A DNA stretch of 64,000 nt, from NCBI GenBank assembly GCA_965644495.1, contig CBFFSA010000005.1:620001-684000 (forward strand). Direction: 5' to 3'. Position numbers and translations under genes: made by a program. Shown here piece by piece: positions 46,720 to 59,143 of the stretch (position 1 is its first letter; each line of letters begins with the position of its first letter). Below the pieces are notes generated by a model. It had not been told where the DNA came from and made no database searches. It worked only from the letters and a program-made list of their open reading frames with translations. The stretch is from Perkinsela sp. CCAP 1560/9 (lineage: Eukaryota; Protista; Euglenozoa: Kinetoplastea).

Positions 46720-47946
46720 CTATTTTCCACTGTACATTTCTTGTTCCACTGTATTTCTTGTTCTTCGCTCTTTTGCCCATACCGCTTCTACCGATTCCCG
46801 GCTGACGATCTGAGCAAGTTCCGTACGAGACAGTTCAGGAGGTGTTTCGAGACCTGGAGTTGCGCACTGAATCATCCAACGGCAAACGAATAAAGCACAG
46901 TCATTGGTGCCATCATCTTGCACCAAGGTTGAGCCCTGTATAATCTACCAGCCATGTGCTCCGTGAAAGATATTTTGCGCAACAGTTTGCACATCTAAGA
47001 GCACTTCAGTTCTTCTCCTCGGATTGTGGTTAGGCAGGGAATCGAACCAAAGTAACTTTCCGCCTTCTTTATTTTCATGCGGTACGATAACACATAGAGC
47101 GAAGTGTTGATTGAAAAAGAATGGAACGGCAGTGCGGTCAGCCAAGAAAATTCTTGTTCTTATTTCTGCCGGTAAATCCCCTACTGATGTGGCATATCTC
47201 TTAAAAACCGTAGTTGCCACAGAACTATCCAATACTTGATATCTTTCAGACGGGCTTGAAAGTACTGAACCTAAAGTGTTTATAACTGTGTCCGGTATAA
47301 ATTGTCCAGGTTGTGTCCACTGATTGTCTTGCGTCCGATCTTTTAACTGGGGTCGCGTGTAAGTTTCAGTTTCGCGCGACATAGTGTATTCCCCCTTTCT
47401 TTGCAGTTTCTTTTTCTTAGATGGCGGAGGGCAACGGTACAGAGTTTTTTCAGGTACGTGTTTTTCATTGCCTTCCTTCTGCGTCATACGTTTCACGAAT
47501 TTCGAAACGTCGGCGTTGGGTCGCAAGTTTTCCAAGTAGCTAAAGCCTCCATCACTTCTTTCAGGGAGTAACCAAAGTTGACTCACACTTTTTACTCTTG
47601 AGAGGGCCACGTACACCGAGGCATGACATAACATCGTGCTGTGATAGCATGTTGGTCTGCGGTTCAAGTCTATGCAGACATTTTCTGTAAGAGTAGCTCC
47701 CTGTACTTTGTGAATGGTGTAAGAGAAGCCGCACCCAATTTCAAGCTCATCATCAACATCACTTTTTCGAAATTCAGCGGAAAGATTTCCGTCTACTGTT
47801 GAGGCCGAGATGCCAGCTATTGAGAAGGCTGTGCAATCCAAAATTTTACCAGGCCTTCCATTTTCTTTAATGTATGAGCTTAATTCTTCTTTGGTCTTCT
47901 CGTTCTTTACAATGATTTCATCTTCAACCATTAGCGTACCATTCAC
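46720..47946 (-). pseudogene. Helitron RepHel C-terminus: PIF1 motifs V/VI followed by a Ulp1/C48-like cysteine protease
   Basis: FSYTIHKVQG..VYVALSRV; HFALCVI...WFDSL; after a stop, QDDGTNDCALFV (H-D-Q-C order). Confidence 0.8.
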
Positions 47947-49814
47947 TAGTAAAAATACCTAGCGCCTCCTATTGAGAGCTCCAATACGGACATGCCTCTT
48001 TCCTGAGCAAATTCCTGACTCCGAAGTCTTGAAAGCACTTCTTTTTCTCTGTTGGTGCTCACCAGCATGCATGAATTCTTTGGTATCCCATCAGTAGCAT
48101 ACTGGGCGTTTTTTAAGAAACCCTTAAAGGATGAAGCGCATAAGCTTGGGTCCCGCAAGTTCATCAGCATTCTTTGATGTTCAAAGTCCTTTTCACTTGT
48201 TCCATCTGCTCTATGTTGGGTGGTAAGATTCGTAAAAACAAAATCATTGATTCCTAATGTACATGAATGGGGGCTGCAGCTAGCACCGTAGACCAGTGAT
48301 GAGTGTGAAGTTCGTACTGGGGGTAATTGGAAAAAATCCCCGACCATGACTATGGAAAACCCGCCAAATATTGCTTGGCTCTCAGAAACTGCACAAAGTC
48401 TTTGATGAATTTGCCACAAAGTCTTAGTTGACACACACGATGCTTCGTCGATCAAAACGGTATCCACGCCATTGAATTTTTCTTTTAACTTTTTCAGCCT
48501 CTGAGGGTTTAGATAATCTAGGAAAGCGCTCTTACTCTTTTTACTCCACGCTGCTGGGAAACAGAATCCAGAATGTATGGTCTCCCTATTGATGTTGACA
48601 GCGCAAGCCCCCGAGTATCCGAAGGCAAGTACGGATCTTGGGCGGAAAGCGTTCTTGGCTTCCATAAAGCATCGGCTGGTTTCACTTTGACCACACCCTG
48701 GACCTCCATGTAGAAAGGCTTTGTATCCTTCTGACAATCCTATATGATTTTCTGTTTGCTTTAGTGTGTTGAGAAAGAATTGCTCTTGATCCTTATCCAA
48801 CTTTTTGTCGAGAGACCTATTCCTTATATGTTTTTCACCTACACGAAAAATGAGCTCAACACTTTTATTTATACTAAGAACTCGGGATTTCGAGAACGGA
48901 TTCTGATTCAAACTTTCCAATACATCTTCTTGCGTTGCATTATTTTGCTTGAGCTCATCAATATCATGATCAGGCGTTTGATTTGAAATTATCCTCCTGG
49001 ATTTCCCAGCTGACACCTTTATCTGAAACTTGTATGTTTTGTTGTCGAATTTATCACGACAGGATGTACTCATTGCGCCGATGCTCTGAGGCGCAGCATA
49101 GCAATGATTCGTTCTCTGATCCGATGCCCATGTATCTTTCAAAAGCCTTTCTACTTGATCTTCAAGTTCAACCAAGAAAAGTTCAGTTTCAACGTTTCTT
49201 TTCTTTCCTTTCTTCGAATTTGCTTGATGTTGTGCAAGGAGATCGTTCGCTTCCTGAATTCCATCCGCAGCTTCTTTTTCTAAACACCCAGTAGCTTCTG
49301 CAACATCTTGCGCTGTTTCTGTTAAGCCTTTTGATTTCCATTCTTCATAAGTAGTAGCTTCCTGGTGCCTAAACATGTTGATCATGCATCTTGGTTCTTC
49401 AAAGGAAGAATCCTGAATTCCGATTCTCAAGTTATTGATGATCTTAATTAAGCAAGAGCAAATTTCCGGAGGGTATTCCGTTCCTTCCACCTTTTTTCCC
49501 TCACTACACTCCTTGAGTATCTTCAAGTACTCTTTCCAGTCTCTTGGCCTATATGATATTTTCTTATCTTTTGAGAAGGGGCGCATAAGGGCAGAAAAAT
49601 ATTTCGCGTGTTTTTTTGCTAAAACAGTTGTAGAATGATCGCAATCTGTAGCGACATCCCGGAGATGTGACCAGTGTGGTATATACCCTGGAGATGGGAT
49701 AACATATTTGCTACGTATTCGCTGAGTAAAAATTTCAATCAGCGGATGTCCTTTCTTGAATGCGAATGTAGTGTTTCTTGATCTCCCTTTCTTGGTTTTA
49801 CCAATTGTTTTCAC
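47946..49814 (-). pseudogene. Helitron RepHel: linker and PIF1 helicase core
   Basis: HGGPGCGQS (Walker A with K->Q), TIHS, LIDEAS, FGG..GDFFQLPPV, LTTQHRA. Confidence 0.85.
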
Positions 49815-49874
49815 TGATGATATGCGAACTCTCGCAATAGTGGCGTCGTAAAGGTAAAAATTTAAGAACTCAAG

Positions 49875-52227
49875 TTATGTGCCTCGAAAGTAATAGTCCA
49901 GAGCCTTACTGCACATTTCAGTAGACCCATCATCCCTTACAATCACATCAGAGAGGCCTTCATTATCTGATATTTCGCTATCAGTCTCTGTTTCGTCTTC
50001 CTGTACTCCTGAAACGCCTTTGACCATTAATTTAGATGCCTGCCGTACATCCAAGTAGGAAACTATATGGCTGCATTCTTCCGACTCATAACCAAGGCAG
50101 CAATACATGGCCAGCTGGGCCGACACTTCTTGCATTCCTAGTTGACTATTCCCAAGCCTATTGCAGAGCAACGTGTCTGCTGAACTCTCGTGCGATCTTC
50201 GGCTTCCGTATTTTTCTTTGTGTTTTGCTGCTTGAACTGCCACAATACAAGTATTGATATCAAGCAAGTTTTTGGACAAATATTTAAAAAGATAGAAAGT
50301 AGTTATCGCTGCAACGCAAGCTGATCCGAGAAAAACAACATTTGTATTGAATCCCAGGAGGCAGGACATGATCGAATTGTATTCTGCAGTATTTTTATCC
50401 CTTGATGATATCTTAGGCAAGTACAATAGAGGGCGAAAGTCGGGTGACATATAACCAAAGAAAGAGGGCTCTGTACTTTCAGCACGGGCCGCCATATTTT
50501 CTGAAAATGTTTTTGCCACTACTTTTCCTGGTGTAGAAATTGATTGTTCTAACGAATAAAAAGCATTCAATGGCGTAACCTGGCGTGGGTATGCATATCG
50601 GCATTTTGTTGGCGCTACACCTATATTTTTGAAACATTTCTCCGTATGCACATGCTGTTGCACAGTTGATGCAACTCGATGCTCTCTGATATCCATTGCT
50701 TTCTGATTATCGAATGGCGGGCATGCCTCTAACCCCACTCTTCCCCCGACGCTTCTCGTATCTCCTTTATCCCACGGCACGGAAACCGTCAACCAATCAG
50801 AAACTAATTGGCTTATACTGTTTCTTTCTGATTCCATATGAATCTTTTCGGAAGCATACTCAGCGAGAGGGATGCCCCATAGAACAATATGCATATGCAA
50901 ATTTCCTCTACCTTGTGTCTCAACCAAAAAAAAAAAAATCCAAATCATTCCGGATTGCTCCGGATGGTCACTGGCAAGACAGACCCTTCACAGACAGATT
51001 TGGAAGTTCCGAGGCCGACGTCCTCTACCAGTTTCCGCTTGTCCAAGGCGGCACCAACGTGATGTTGCCAACTCGCTGCGTCGACGAACTGTACGTCAAC
51101 ACGGCTTACCCAAGAGGTGCAAGCCGGGTAAGGGAGCTGGTTCCCTGAGGGGAGGGTCCGGGACGGTCCTCCGAGTACTGGGCCTAGTCGGTTATCAGCC
51201 CAGCCTCTTAGAGTGAGGCCGCCGGGAATATTGCGATGAGCGGATTTGAACTCGCCGTCTGAGCACATCAGGAATGATATGTAGACCTTCGCGATACATC
51301 TTTGAGTAGTCGAGCGTTGCAGGGCCGTAAAGCTCCTTACTGATCCCACGACACGGAAACCGTCATCCAATCAGAAACTAATTGGCTTATACTGTTTCTT
51401 TCTGATTCCATATGAATCTTTTCGGAAGCATACTCAGCGAGAGGGATGCCCCATAGAACAATATGCATATGCAAATTTCCTCTACCTTGTGTCTCAACCA
51501 CCCCAAACATTCCCTTCATAATCTTGAAAATTCCAACGGGTATTTCTTCTGAAATAGCACTGACCGATTGGCCTGATTTTTTAAATCGTTTGTGCGGGAC
51601 TACACCAAATATCGTGGTAAGTAACGCATCAATAATTAAATGAAATGTTTGCGCTGCATATGCAGGGTGATCTCGCACTTTTTGTACTCTTTGGTACGCA
51701 TCGTCAATTAGAAAATCCTCTTGCACGCTTTTTGAAGAGGCGCATAGGTATTTCAGGGTAATTTTCATATCTGGATCGCATGGGGATACGGTGACGTAGA
51801 GTGTCGGATGGCCCATGAACCCATGAATTGCCACCATTTGTTTAAAGCACGCATTCCGAGCTGCGTCGGAAAATGGAACATCACGAGTTACAATATGCAG
51901 GACATTGCATGCTTCCAACAGAAGCTTACGATTTTCCTTTCGTTGAGGGTCCTTCTGTGCCTCCTTCAACTGCACAATTATATTTTCTTTTTCCAAAAGT
52001 TTCTTTGCTTTTTTCCACATATTGGGCTTGACCCTCACACTTCGAGCTAAGGAATGGCGCCTGATTTGATCCCAATGTAAGAAACCAAAATTTCCGTTTC
52101 TGCACCAACGAGGGTCTTTTTGCAACAACAAATGCTTCAGGCCGCTGTCAGGAGTAAGGGGGCGCTTTAGGAGATTGGCAGACGCTTCAGAAAGAACTGG
52201 AAAAAGATATGGAAACCCCATTCCCAA
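49875..52227 (-). pseudogene. Helitron HUH Rep domain interrupted by a SINE
   Basis: FPYLFP, GHPTLYVTVSP (motif 1), VETQGRGNLHMHIVLW (HUH motif 2), QQHVHTEKC..CRYAYP, YLFKYLSK (Y2 motif 3). Confidence 0.9.
50927..51346 (-). mobile_element. SINE S1 variant flanked by a ~155-bp direct duplication
   Basis: 50772-50926 is repeated at ~51346-51500. Confidence 0.85.
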
Positions 52228-52363
52228 AATTTTGTCATTCTCGTTAAACTCGTTAGCTGCACTTGTAAAGTGAATTCTGGCATGGTGCCTTCTTTGGTCA
52301 TTACCTTTTATGAGGTTTGTTAGTCTTTCGACTATCTCATCCTCAGCATTTCGTTGGGGAGGT

Positions 52364-53374
52364 TCACATAGTAAAACGTTTTCTACCTCCGGCTTTTCTT
52401 CTTCTATTAGCGTTTCGTTTATGAGCTAATAGTGAAGCTGCCACTGAAATGGCATTGTTGACAACAGTTGCTTCTTCAAGTATTCTTTTGCTTTCGTTCA
52501 CCAAATCCTCTATTCTCTGTTCCGATATGTGAATATCTGAGTAGAATACATTGTGTTCTTTAAGAAAATAAAGCCAAGCTCTTGTAGCGTCAGCCCGAAC
52601 AGAGAAATATGCCTGTAGGGGAGCATCTGTTTCAGCTTTCCTTTTTGTTTGTTCACCGACAAATGTCACAAACACCCTCTGTTCAGTAGCTGGAAGAATC
52701 TGAGCTATGTCCTGAGGTCCTGTTGAAAACAATGAAATAACATGATTTCGAAATTTTTTCTCAAAATTCCGCTCATGACGAATTTCACAGAGCGTCTGGA
52801 AATTCAGAATACGGCATATGGCCGATCGTTCGACAACTCCCAATGTTGGCAAACGGAGATCTCTTAAATTCAGACCAAAGTCCCAGTCGTTCTTAAACGA
52901 AAAGTATGGGATGCCTCCTAGTCTAACGCGTTTCCTGCAACGAGAACACGAGCGCAACTCAGTACCAAACACCGCCTCCGAATCTATGCAATACACATTT
53001 CCACCTATCGAAGACGTGTGTTTTCCTTTTAAGTTTGCATCCATGCTAGCACGAAGCATGTCACGGTCTTTTACAGGGATTCCTTCCAAAATCTCATGGG
53101 AAGGTTCAATAACCCCACACACGCCACACGACGTAGCTTTAAGCTCTGTATTCCTTTGGAAAATATGAAAACATTCAGCTTTTTCTTCAGACGTGCAAGG
53201 CTTCAATTCCTGCTTCCAATCCTTTGGAAACATTGGTGATCCCTGTAAAAGCCTTTTTTTTTTTGCAATTAATAAGGGGAGAGAAGTATGAATCGCGGCA
53301 CTGCCTCTATATTTTGACCCAGTAGACGAACCAAGTAGGTCCATTGGGGTGGAATACGAGTTGAAAACAAGCAA
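52364..53374 (-). pseudogene. Helitron N-terminal region (DUF6570-like, Cys cluster)
   Basis: CGVC...CSRC..IPYFS..NDWDFG..LPTL..VE..AI...HVIS...WLYFLKEHNVFY; lies directly upstream of the Rep domain. Confidence 0.75.
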
Positions 53375-53966
53375 TCAAATTAGCAATTCTTTTTCTTTCC
53401 ACAGATGTACCTTTTTTTTGTAATTAATAGGGTGGAAGAGTATGAGTTCTAACTTTCTATGAATGTACGGTATCACTTTCTTACTTACTTTCCTACTTAC
53501 TTTACTTCGCCCTTATCAACTTCGCCCTTATCAACTTCGCCCGCTTCTCTCCCTTATCTCCCCCCCCCCAAAGAAACCATCCGCGACTTCCCGACTTCAC
53601 CCGCTTCTTTCCCTCACTCCCCCCCCCCCGAGCATCCATCCGCGCCTTCCAAACTTTGCCTTCCTCTTTCTCTCACTTCCCCCCAGAGTACCTTTTTTTT
53701 TTCTTTTTTTGCACAAAACTAGCAATTTAAGCACCCCTAAGTATATACTACAAACAAGAAACAGTAAAAGTTTTTTTTTTTTTTTGCAAATAATTGGGGG
53801 GAATAGTATTGAGTTTAACGTTTTTATCTACTTTTCGAACACTTTCGCTTTTTTTTTTTAATACCAAACTAAATAAATGAAATCTCTAAACAAAACAAAC
53901 AAATCATATCTCATAATATAAATATTATGTGCCCCGAAGGGCCATTATATCAATCATCCTAAATTT

Positions 53967-54356
53967 CTAAACATGCAGTTTCACGTTTTCCAGTGAAGCA
54001 GCACCTCTATATTTGCAGCAGGAGCATCTGAACACTCGCCTGCTAGGTAAGAAAAGCACCTTTCTATGGGATTTGTTATACGTTGCTAAGAAGGCTCTAA
54101 TTTGATGAGATTCCCCTTTCTCATGCCGTTGAACGTTCTTTCTCACTACTTCAATATTGCAAACATCGCACATGTAAAGTGCAACGTTAACGCTTCCTTC
54201 TACTTTCTGAACATCATACATTTCCTCACCATCTTTGCAATGCTTCTCCCGCATGTGCCGCTTCATATTTCTTTGCAAACTAAAGCATCCGCAAATATTG
54301 CAACGTACTTTTTGACTCTCGTGAGACGACAGGTGGGTATGTCTCTTTTTCGGCAT
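53967..54356 (-). CDS. Small C2H2 zinc-finger protein, probably a Helitron accessory/upstream ORF
   Basis: CNIC-x12-HMREKH, CDVC-x11-HEKGESH and a third CSCC...H. Confidence 0.6.
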   Translation of the reverse strand: MPKKRHTHLSSHESQKVRCNICGCFSLQRNMKRHMREKHCKDGEEMYDVQKVEGSVNVALYMCDVCNIEVVRKNVQRHEKGESHQIRAFLATYNKSHRKVLFLPSRRVFRCSCCKYRGAASLENVKLHV

Positions 54357-54759
54357 ACCAGAGGAATAAAAAAAAGGTTTGAAATTACTCTAGCACGAAA
54401 TGCCGCTCGATTACTGTACCTGAACACACTTCAACCTCGTAAACGCCAACTTCACTTTTCATACATTGTCAAACCATACAAAATTTCAAATTCCTTTCAT
54501 GGCAGTCTTCCTCCAAAAGTGGCTTTTTCACTACTAATACAGTAATGATTCAATTTCCTACTTGTACCACTATAGTGAAGTGTCTTAGCTCGGGCGGCGG
54601 GGTGCGCTAAGCCCCAACACTACTAGCCTAAATCATCAACCAAAGCTTTCAAAGTATGCTAGCAGTGCCCCTGGCCGGAGTGATTCTCTTTCTCTTTCCT
54701 TTATTTCTACCGCCCACCTTTCCACGCCCTTCTTTTTCTACACATCCTCGCTCTGTGTC

Positions 54760-56575
54760 TCTCCTGTCCCACCCTCTCTCTGAGAATAGCTCTCTCTGAG
54801 AATAGTATGACCCTGCTCGTTTTTTTTTCTCTACATATATACAAAATGCAAACCGTGTTTTTGGTGGCCAACCTTCCACAACATGGCCAGCTGGCCACCG
54901 TTCCACAACATGGCCAGCTGGCCACCCTTACACAAATTGGCCAGCTGGCCACCCTTACACAACATGGCCAGCTGGCCACCGTTCCACAACATGGCCAGCT
55001 GGCCACTCTTCCACATCATGGCCAGCTGGCCACCCTTACACAACATGGCCAGCTGGCCACCCTTCCACAACATGGACAGCTGGCCACCCTTCCACAACAT
55101 GGACAGCTGGCCACCCTTCCACAACATGGACAGCTGGCCACCCTTCCACAACACGGCCAGCTGGCCACTCTTCCACAACACTCTCCCACCCCCGTGGGAC
55201 TCACTCAGTGGACTCACTCAACGTGAGTCACTGCCCCACGTGGCAGTGCTCTGACTCTCCCACGTGCCACTGTAGGTACAGTGCCGATGCAGTCACTACC
55301 TTACGTGGCAGTACTCTCACTCTCTCACGTGCTACTGCAGCTGCACTGAATCACTGCAGTCACTGCCTCACGTGGCATTGCCTCTCACTCTGCCACTGTA
55401 TCTACACTGCAATCACTGCCTCACGTGGCAGTACACTTACTCTCTCACGTGCCACTGTATCTACACTGCAGTCGCTGCCTCACGTGACACTACTCTTACT
55501 CTCGCACGTGCCAATGCAGCTGCACTGCGATCACTGCCTCACGTGGCAGTAATCTTACTCCCTCACGCGCCACTGTAGCTACACTGCAGTCAATGCCTCA
55601 CGTGGCACTACTCTTACTCTCGCACGTGCCACTGCAGCTACACTGCATCACTGCCTCACGGGGCACTGCTCTCACTCTCTCACGTGCCACTGTAGGTACA
55701 GTGCCGATGCAGTCACTGCCTCACGTGGCAGTACTCTCACTCTCTCACGTGCTACTGCAGCTGCACTGCATCACTGCAGTCACTGCCTCACGTGGCAGTA
55801 ATCTTACTCTCTAACGTGCCACTGTAGCTACACTGCAGTCACTGACTCTCTCACATTCCACTGTATCTACACTGCATTCACTTCCTCACGTGGCAGTAAT
55901 CTTACTCTCGCACGTGCCGCTGCAGCTGCGCTGCATCACTGCAGTCACTACCTCACGTGGCACTACTCTTACTCTCTCACGTGCCACTGCAGCTACACTG
56001 CATCACTGCAGTCACTGCCTCACATGGCAGTGCACTTACTCTCGCACGTGCCACTGCAGTTACACTGCATCACTGCAGTCACTACCTCACATGGCAGTGC
56101 ACTTACTCTGGCACGTGCCACTGCAGCTGCACTGCATCACTGTGCAATCACTGCCTCACGTGGCACTGCTCTCACTCTCTCAAGGGCCACTGTAGCTACA
56201 CACTGTACCACTCGGACCTGCACATTATTTTTCTCTCTATATATATACAAAATGCAAATCGTGTTTTTGGTGGCCAGCTGGCCACTTTTTTCAAGAAAAA
56301 AAATTCTGAAAAAAAAAATCGTTCCGAATTTGTTTTTTTCGCGATTTTGAGCATATAATTTTTTTTGTTCAAAAATGTCGATGCCGGGAATCGAACCGCG
56401 GACATCCAGCGTCAAAATGGAACCCCTTTACCAACTGGACTACTCAAAGGACTCCCCTTAGTCAACCAGTTTGTCGTATCGCAGACCTTTGCAGACGCAC
56501 TTTTTTTTACCAAAAGTGTTCTACAATTTGGGAAATGAGGTCGTTGTAGATGATTTTTCGAGCATTAAAGAGTTC
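54760..56575. repeat. Expanded second copy of the satellite block, with the tRNA-like sequence at 56376-56449(-)
   Basis: Collinear with 35656-36900 but with more 27-bp and CACGTG units. Confidence 0.9.
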
Positions 56576-56855
56576 ATCTAATGAGCTACTGCTACGTTTT
56601 AAAATTTTGAAAAAACTCGATCTCTCGCTTCTTTGAGGGGCATTTTCAAGTTTTGGAATTAACCTTAGTAAGCGAGTTAGATACTCCGTATCTCCCTCAA
56701 TAGTATAGTCACCTAATAGTACCCATAGATAGTTCACCTCAGTTCGTTCTGCCCAAGAATAAAGAATGAACTTAAAAACAAATAGCATTCGAAATGTTTT
56801 TTTGCTACCTAAATATTATAATCCGAATCCAGGTTAAAGTGGACGAGGGAGATCC

Positions 56856-57240
56856 AAAATCCAAAAAATCCAAATCATTCCGGATTGCTCCGGATGGTCA
56901 CTGGCAAGCCAGACCCTTCACAGACAGATTTGGAAGTTCCGAGGCCGACGTCCTCTACCAGTTTCCGCTTGCCCAAGGCGGCACCAACGTGCTGTTACCA
57001 ACACGCTGCGTCGACGAACTGTACGTCAACACGGCTTACCCAAGAGGTGTAAGCCGGGTAAGGGAGCTGGTTCCCCGAGGGGAGGGTCCGGGACGGTCCT
57101 CCGAGTACTGGGCCTAGTCGGTTATCAGCCCAGCCTCTTAGAGTGAGGCCGCCGGGAATATTGCGATGAGCGGGTTTGAACTCGCCTTCTGAGCACCATG
57201 TGCTTCAAACTTTGAATTCTTGCCACTCCGCCACCTCCGC
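56856..57240 (-). mobile_element. SINE S1 inserted into a HINE-B-type large hairpin (56826-57392)
   Basis: Left flank aatccaggttaaagtggacgagggagat; right flank continues the hairpin to gtatctccctcgtccacttt; tail has TTGGA repeats. Confidence 0.85.
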
Positions 57241-57557
57241 TAAAAACACCTCAGGCAAACCACCACAAAAATGAAACGTTATCTCCCGATTTGTAAAGGA
57301 TTCTGATGGGACAAAAGAATCTTTAACGGGAGATACTGTTGCATTTTTGTGGTGGTTTGCCTGAGGTGTTTTTAGTATCTCCCTCGTCCACTTTTTTTTT
57401 TTTGCCAGCGTCTCGAGTATTGGTTGCATCAAGTGCCGCAGAGCTGAAGAAGAGTCAAGGAGAATGTTGCAGCCAGGGCACTGGAGATTGCACGGTATGT
57501 CGGGGTGTGGGAGATATTTCCTCTTAGGAATCCCCCATCTTCAATCTTCGATAAATT

Positions 57558-58282
57558 TTAGGCTCTTCGTTAAACGCGGTGGTTGTTTTCAACTTAGAAG
57601 TCACTCATACTGCGGGCTTCGCGTTGAAAACTACCGCCGCGTTCAACGAAGAGCCTAAAAAAAAAAATTTAGCCTGGAAAACGGAAAGATTATAGCCAAA
57701 AATAGCCGAATTTTGGGTAAAAATGGGGTGATTTTCGCATATTTTTGCTCTCAGAGCACTAAATCCGACATTGCGCGTGGGAAATCACTCGTGGGCAGGA
57801 ACAAAAGCCTACCGAACGTATTGGGTAGAGAATACGACTCCATACCATTCTTTCGACACAAAAATGCCCCTTCAGGTCCGAAAATCACTTTTTCACCTTT
57901 TCTAGTCAAAAATGGGTCATTTTGAGGGGCGCACCACGGTTCGAAGAAGGGATACCTTGAGAAAGCAACTGCGGAGAAAGCTCGTGTAGGTCCCAAACTA
58001 TCAAAATACAATAGGGGAATCGATTTTGGAAAAATATTTTTTTTGTCATTTTTTTCGCCAAGTTGAATTTTTTTTCAAAATCTTTTTTCCGAAAAATTCC
58101 GAACTTGGCGGACCCGTCCTGCGGATACGCGAGGATCCGTAGTCACCCCCGGGTAGGGTGGTGGAAAATTCGCGCCAAGACCCCGGCTACCCTTTCTGCG
58201 GTTTTTTTTTTAAAAAACTAATTTTTTCGAAAAAATTTGCTCGACCATGACCCCCCCCCTGGACCCCCCCCCTGGACCCCCC
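57558..58282 (+). mobile_element. HINE-A copy, 3'-truncated
   Basis: Large hairpin at ~57558-57657 followed by the body. Confidence 0.7.
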
Positions 58283-58408
58283 GCACATTGATAATGCATA
58301 TTAAGCGGCACATTGATAATGCATATTAAGCGGCACATTGATAATGCATATAGCACATTGATAATGCATATAGCACATTGACCTTCAGAATTTTATTTGA
58401 CCTCCAGA

Positions 58409-58618
58409 ATGTCAGTTTCCCAACGTAAAACGAAACGCCTAGACACCGAGGCCCGGGAAACTATCGCAGTGCTCTATAATCAACAAGGCTTCTCCCAAGA
58501 AGAAATAGCAGAAAAACTTGGAGTAAGCCAGGCTACTGTGAGCCGGGAGCTCAAGCGAGGCGCACGTCTCGGCGAGTACAGTGCAAAGCGTGCGCAAGGG
58601 ACGAGTGAAAAACCATGA
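58409..58618 (+). pseudogene. HTH transposase N-terminal fragment, IS30-like
   Basis: KRL..EARETI..L..QGFSQEEIAEKLGVSQATVSRELKRG...EYSAKRAQ; preceded by 25-bp gcacattgataatgcatattaagcg repeats. Confidence 0.55.
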
Positions 58619-58721
58619 ATTGTTACCGGTATCAAGCGTGCTTCCGCCCTGGAGAGGTCTTCCTGAGAAATCGGTGAGCCGATTTGCTTTTTCCATGGCC
58701 GGAAATTTAGGCCTATGGTAA

Positions 58722-59090
58722 CGTGAGGGGAGGGTCCGGGACGGTCCTCCGAGTACTGGGCCTAGTCGGTTCTCAGCCGAGCCTCTTTTGGATGAGGCCG
58801 CCAGGAATATTGCGATGAGTGGGTTTGAACTCGCCGTCTGAGCACCATGTGCTTCAAACTTTGGCCACATGCTGAGGCACTCGACCGCTTTTCGCGAGCT
58901 TGTTCAATGGAATACTAAAGAGAGAACACAAAGTATTTCCCCCAGTGAGGCAAGTTTAACGATCTAGGTATTACGCTCGAACAAGCTCTTGTTTACTCCC
59001 AGGATCGAGAACACTGGCAAAAGCTTTGTGACAATCTCCGACAAAAACTTGAGCCTCTTCCGGAGTACGAAGTATTACGGTCTTCGAAAT
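58722..59090. mobile_element. Partial SINE S1 (-) joined to a short LINE fragment (+)
   Basis: 58722-58862 matches the S1 5' half; 58863-59090 encodes GHMLRHS...DLGITLEQALVYSQDREHW. Confidence 0.75.
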
Positions 59091-59143
59091 CGGGAACGAA
59101 ATCGGGCACGGCGAATTAACCTACGCTTCCTCCTCCCGCGAAA

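Noticed and set aside
54649-56415. Repetitive ORFs (GQLA.., HCSHCLTW..) as proteins
   Set aside because: Satellite units with lengths divisible by three leave several frames open on both strands; no evidence of coding.
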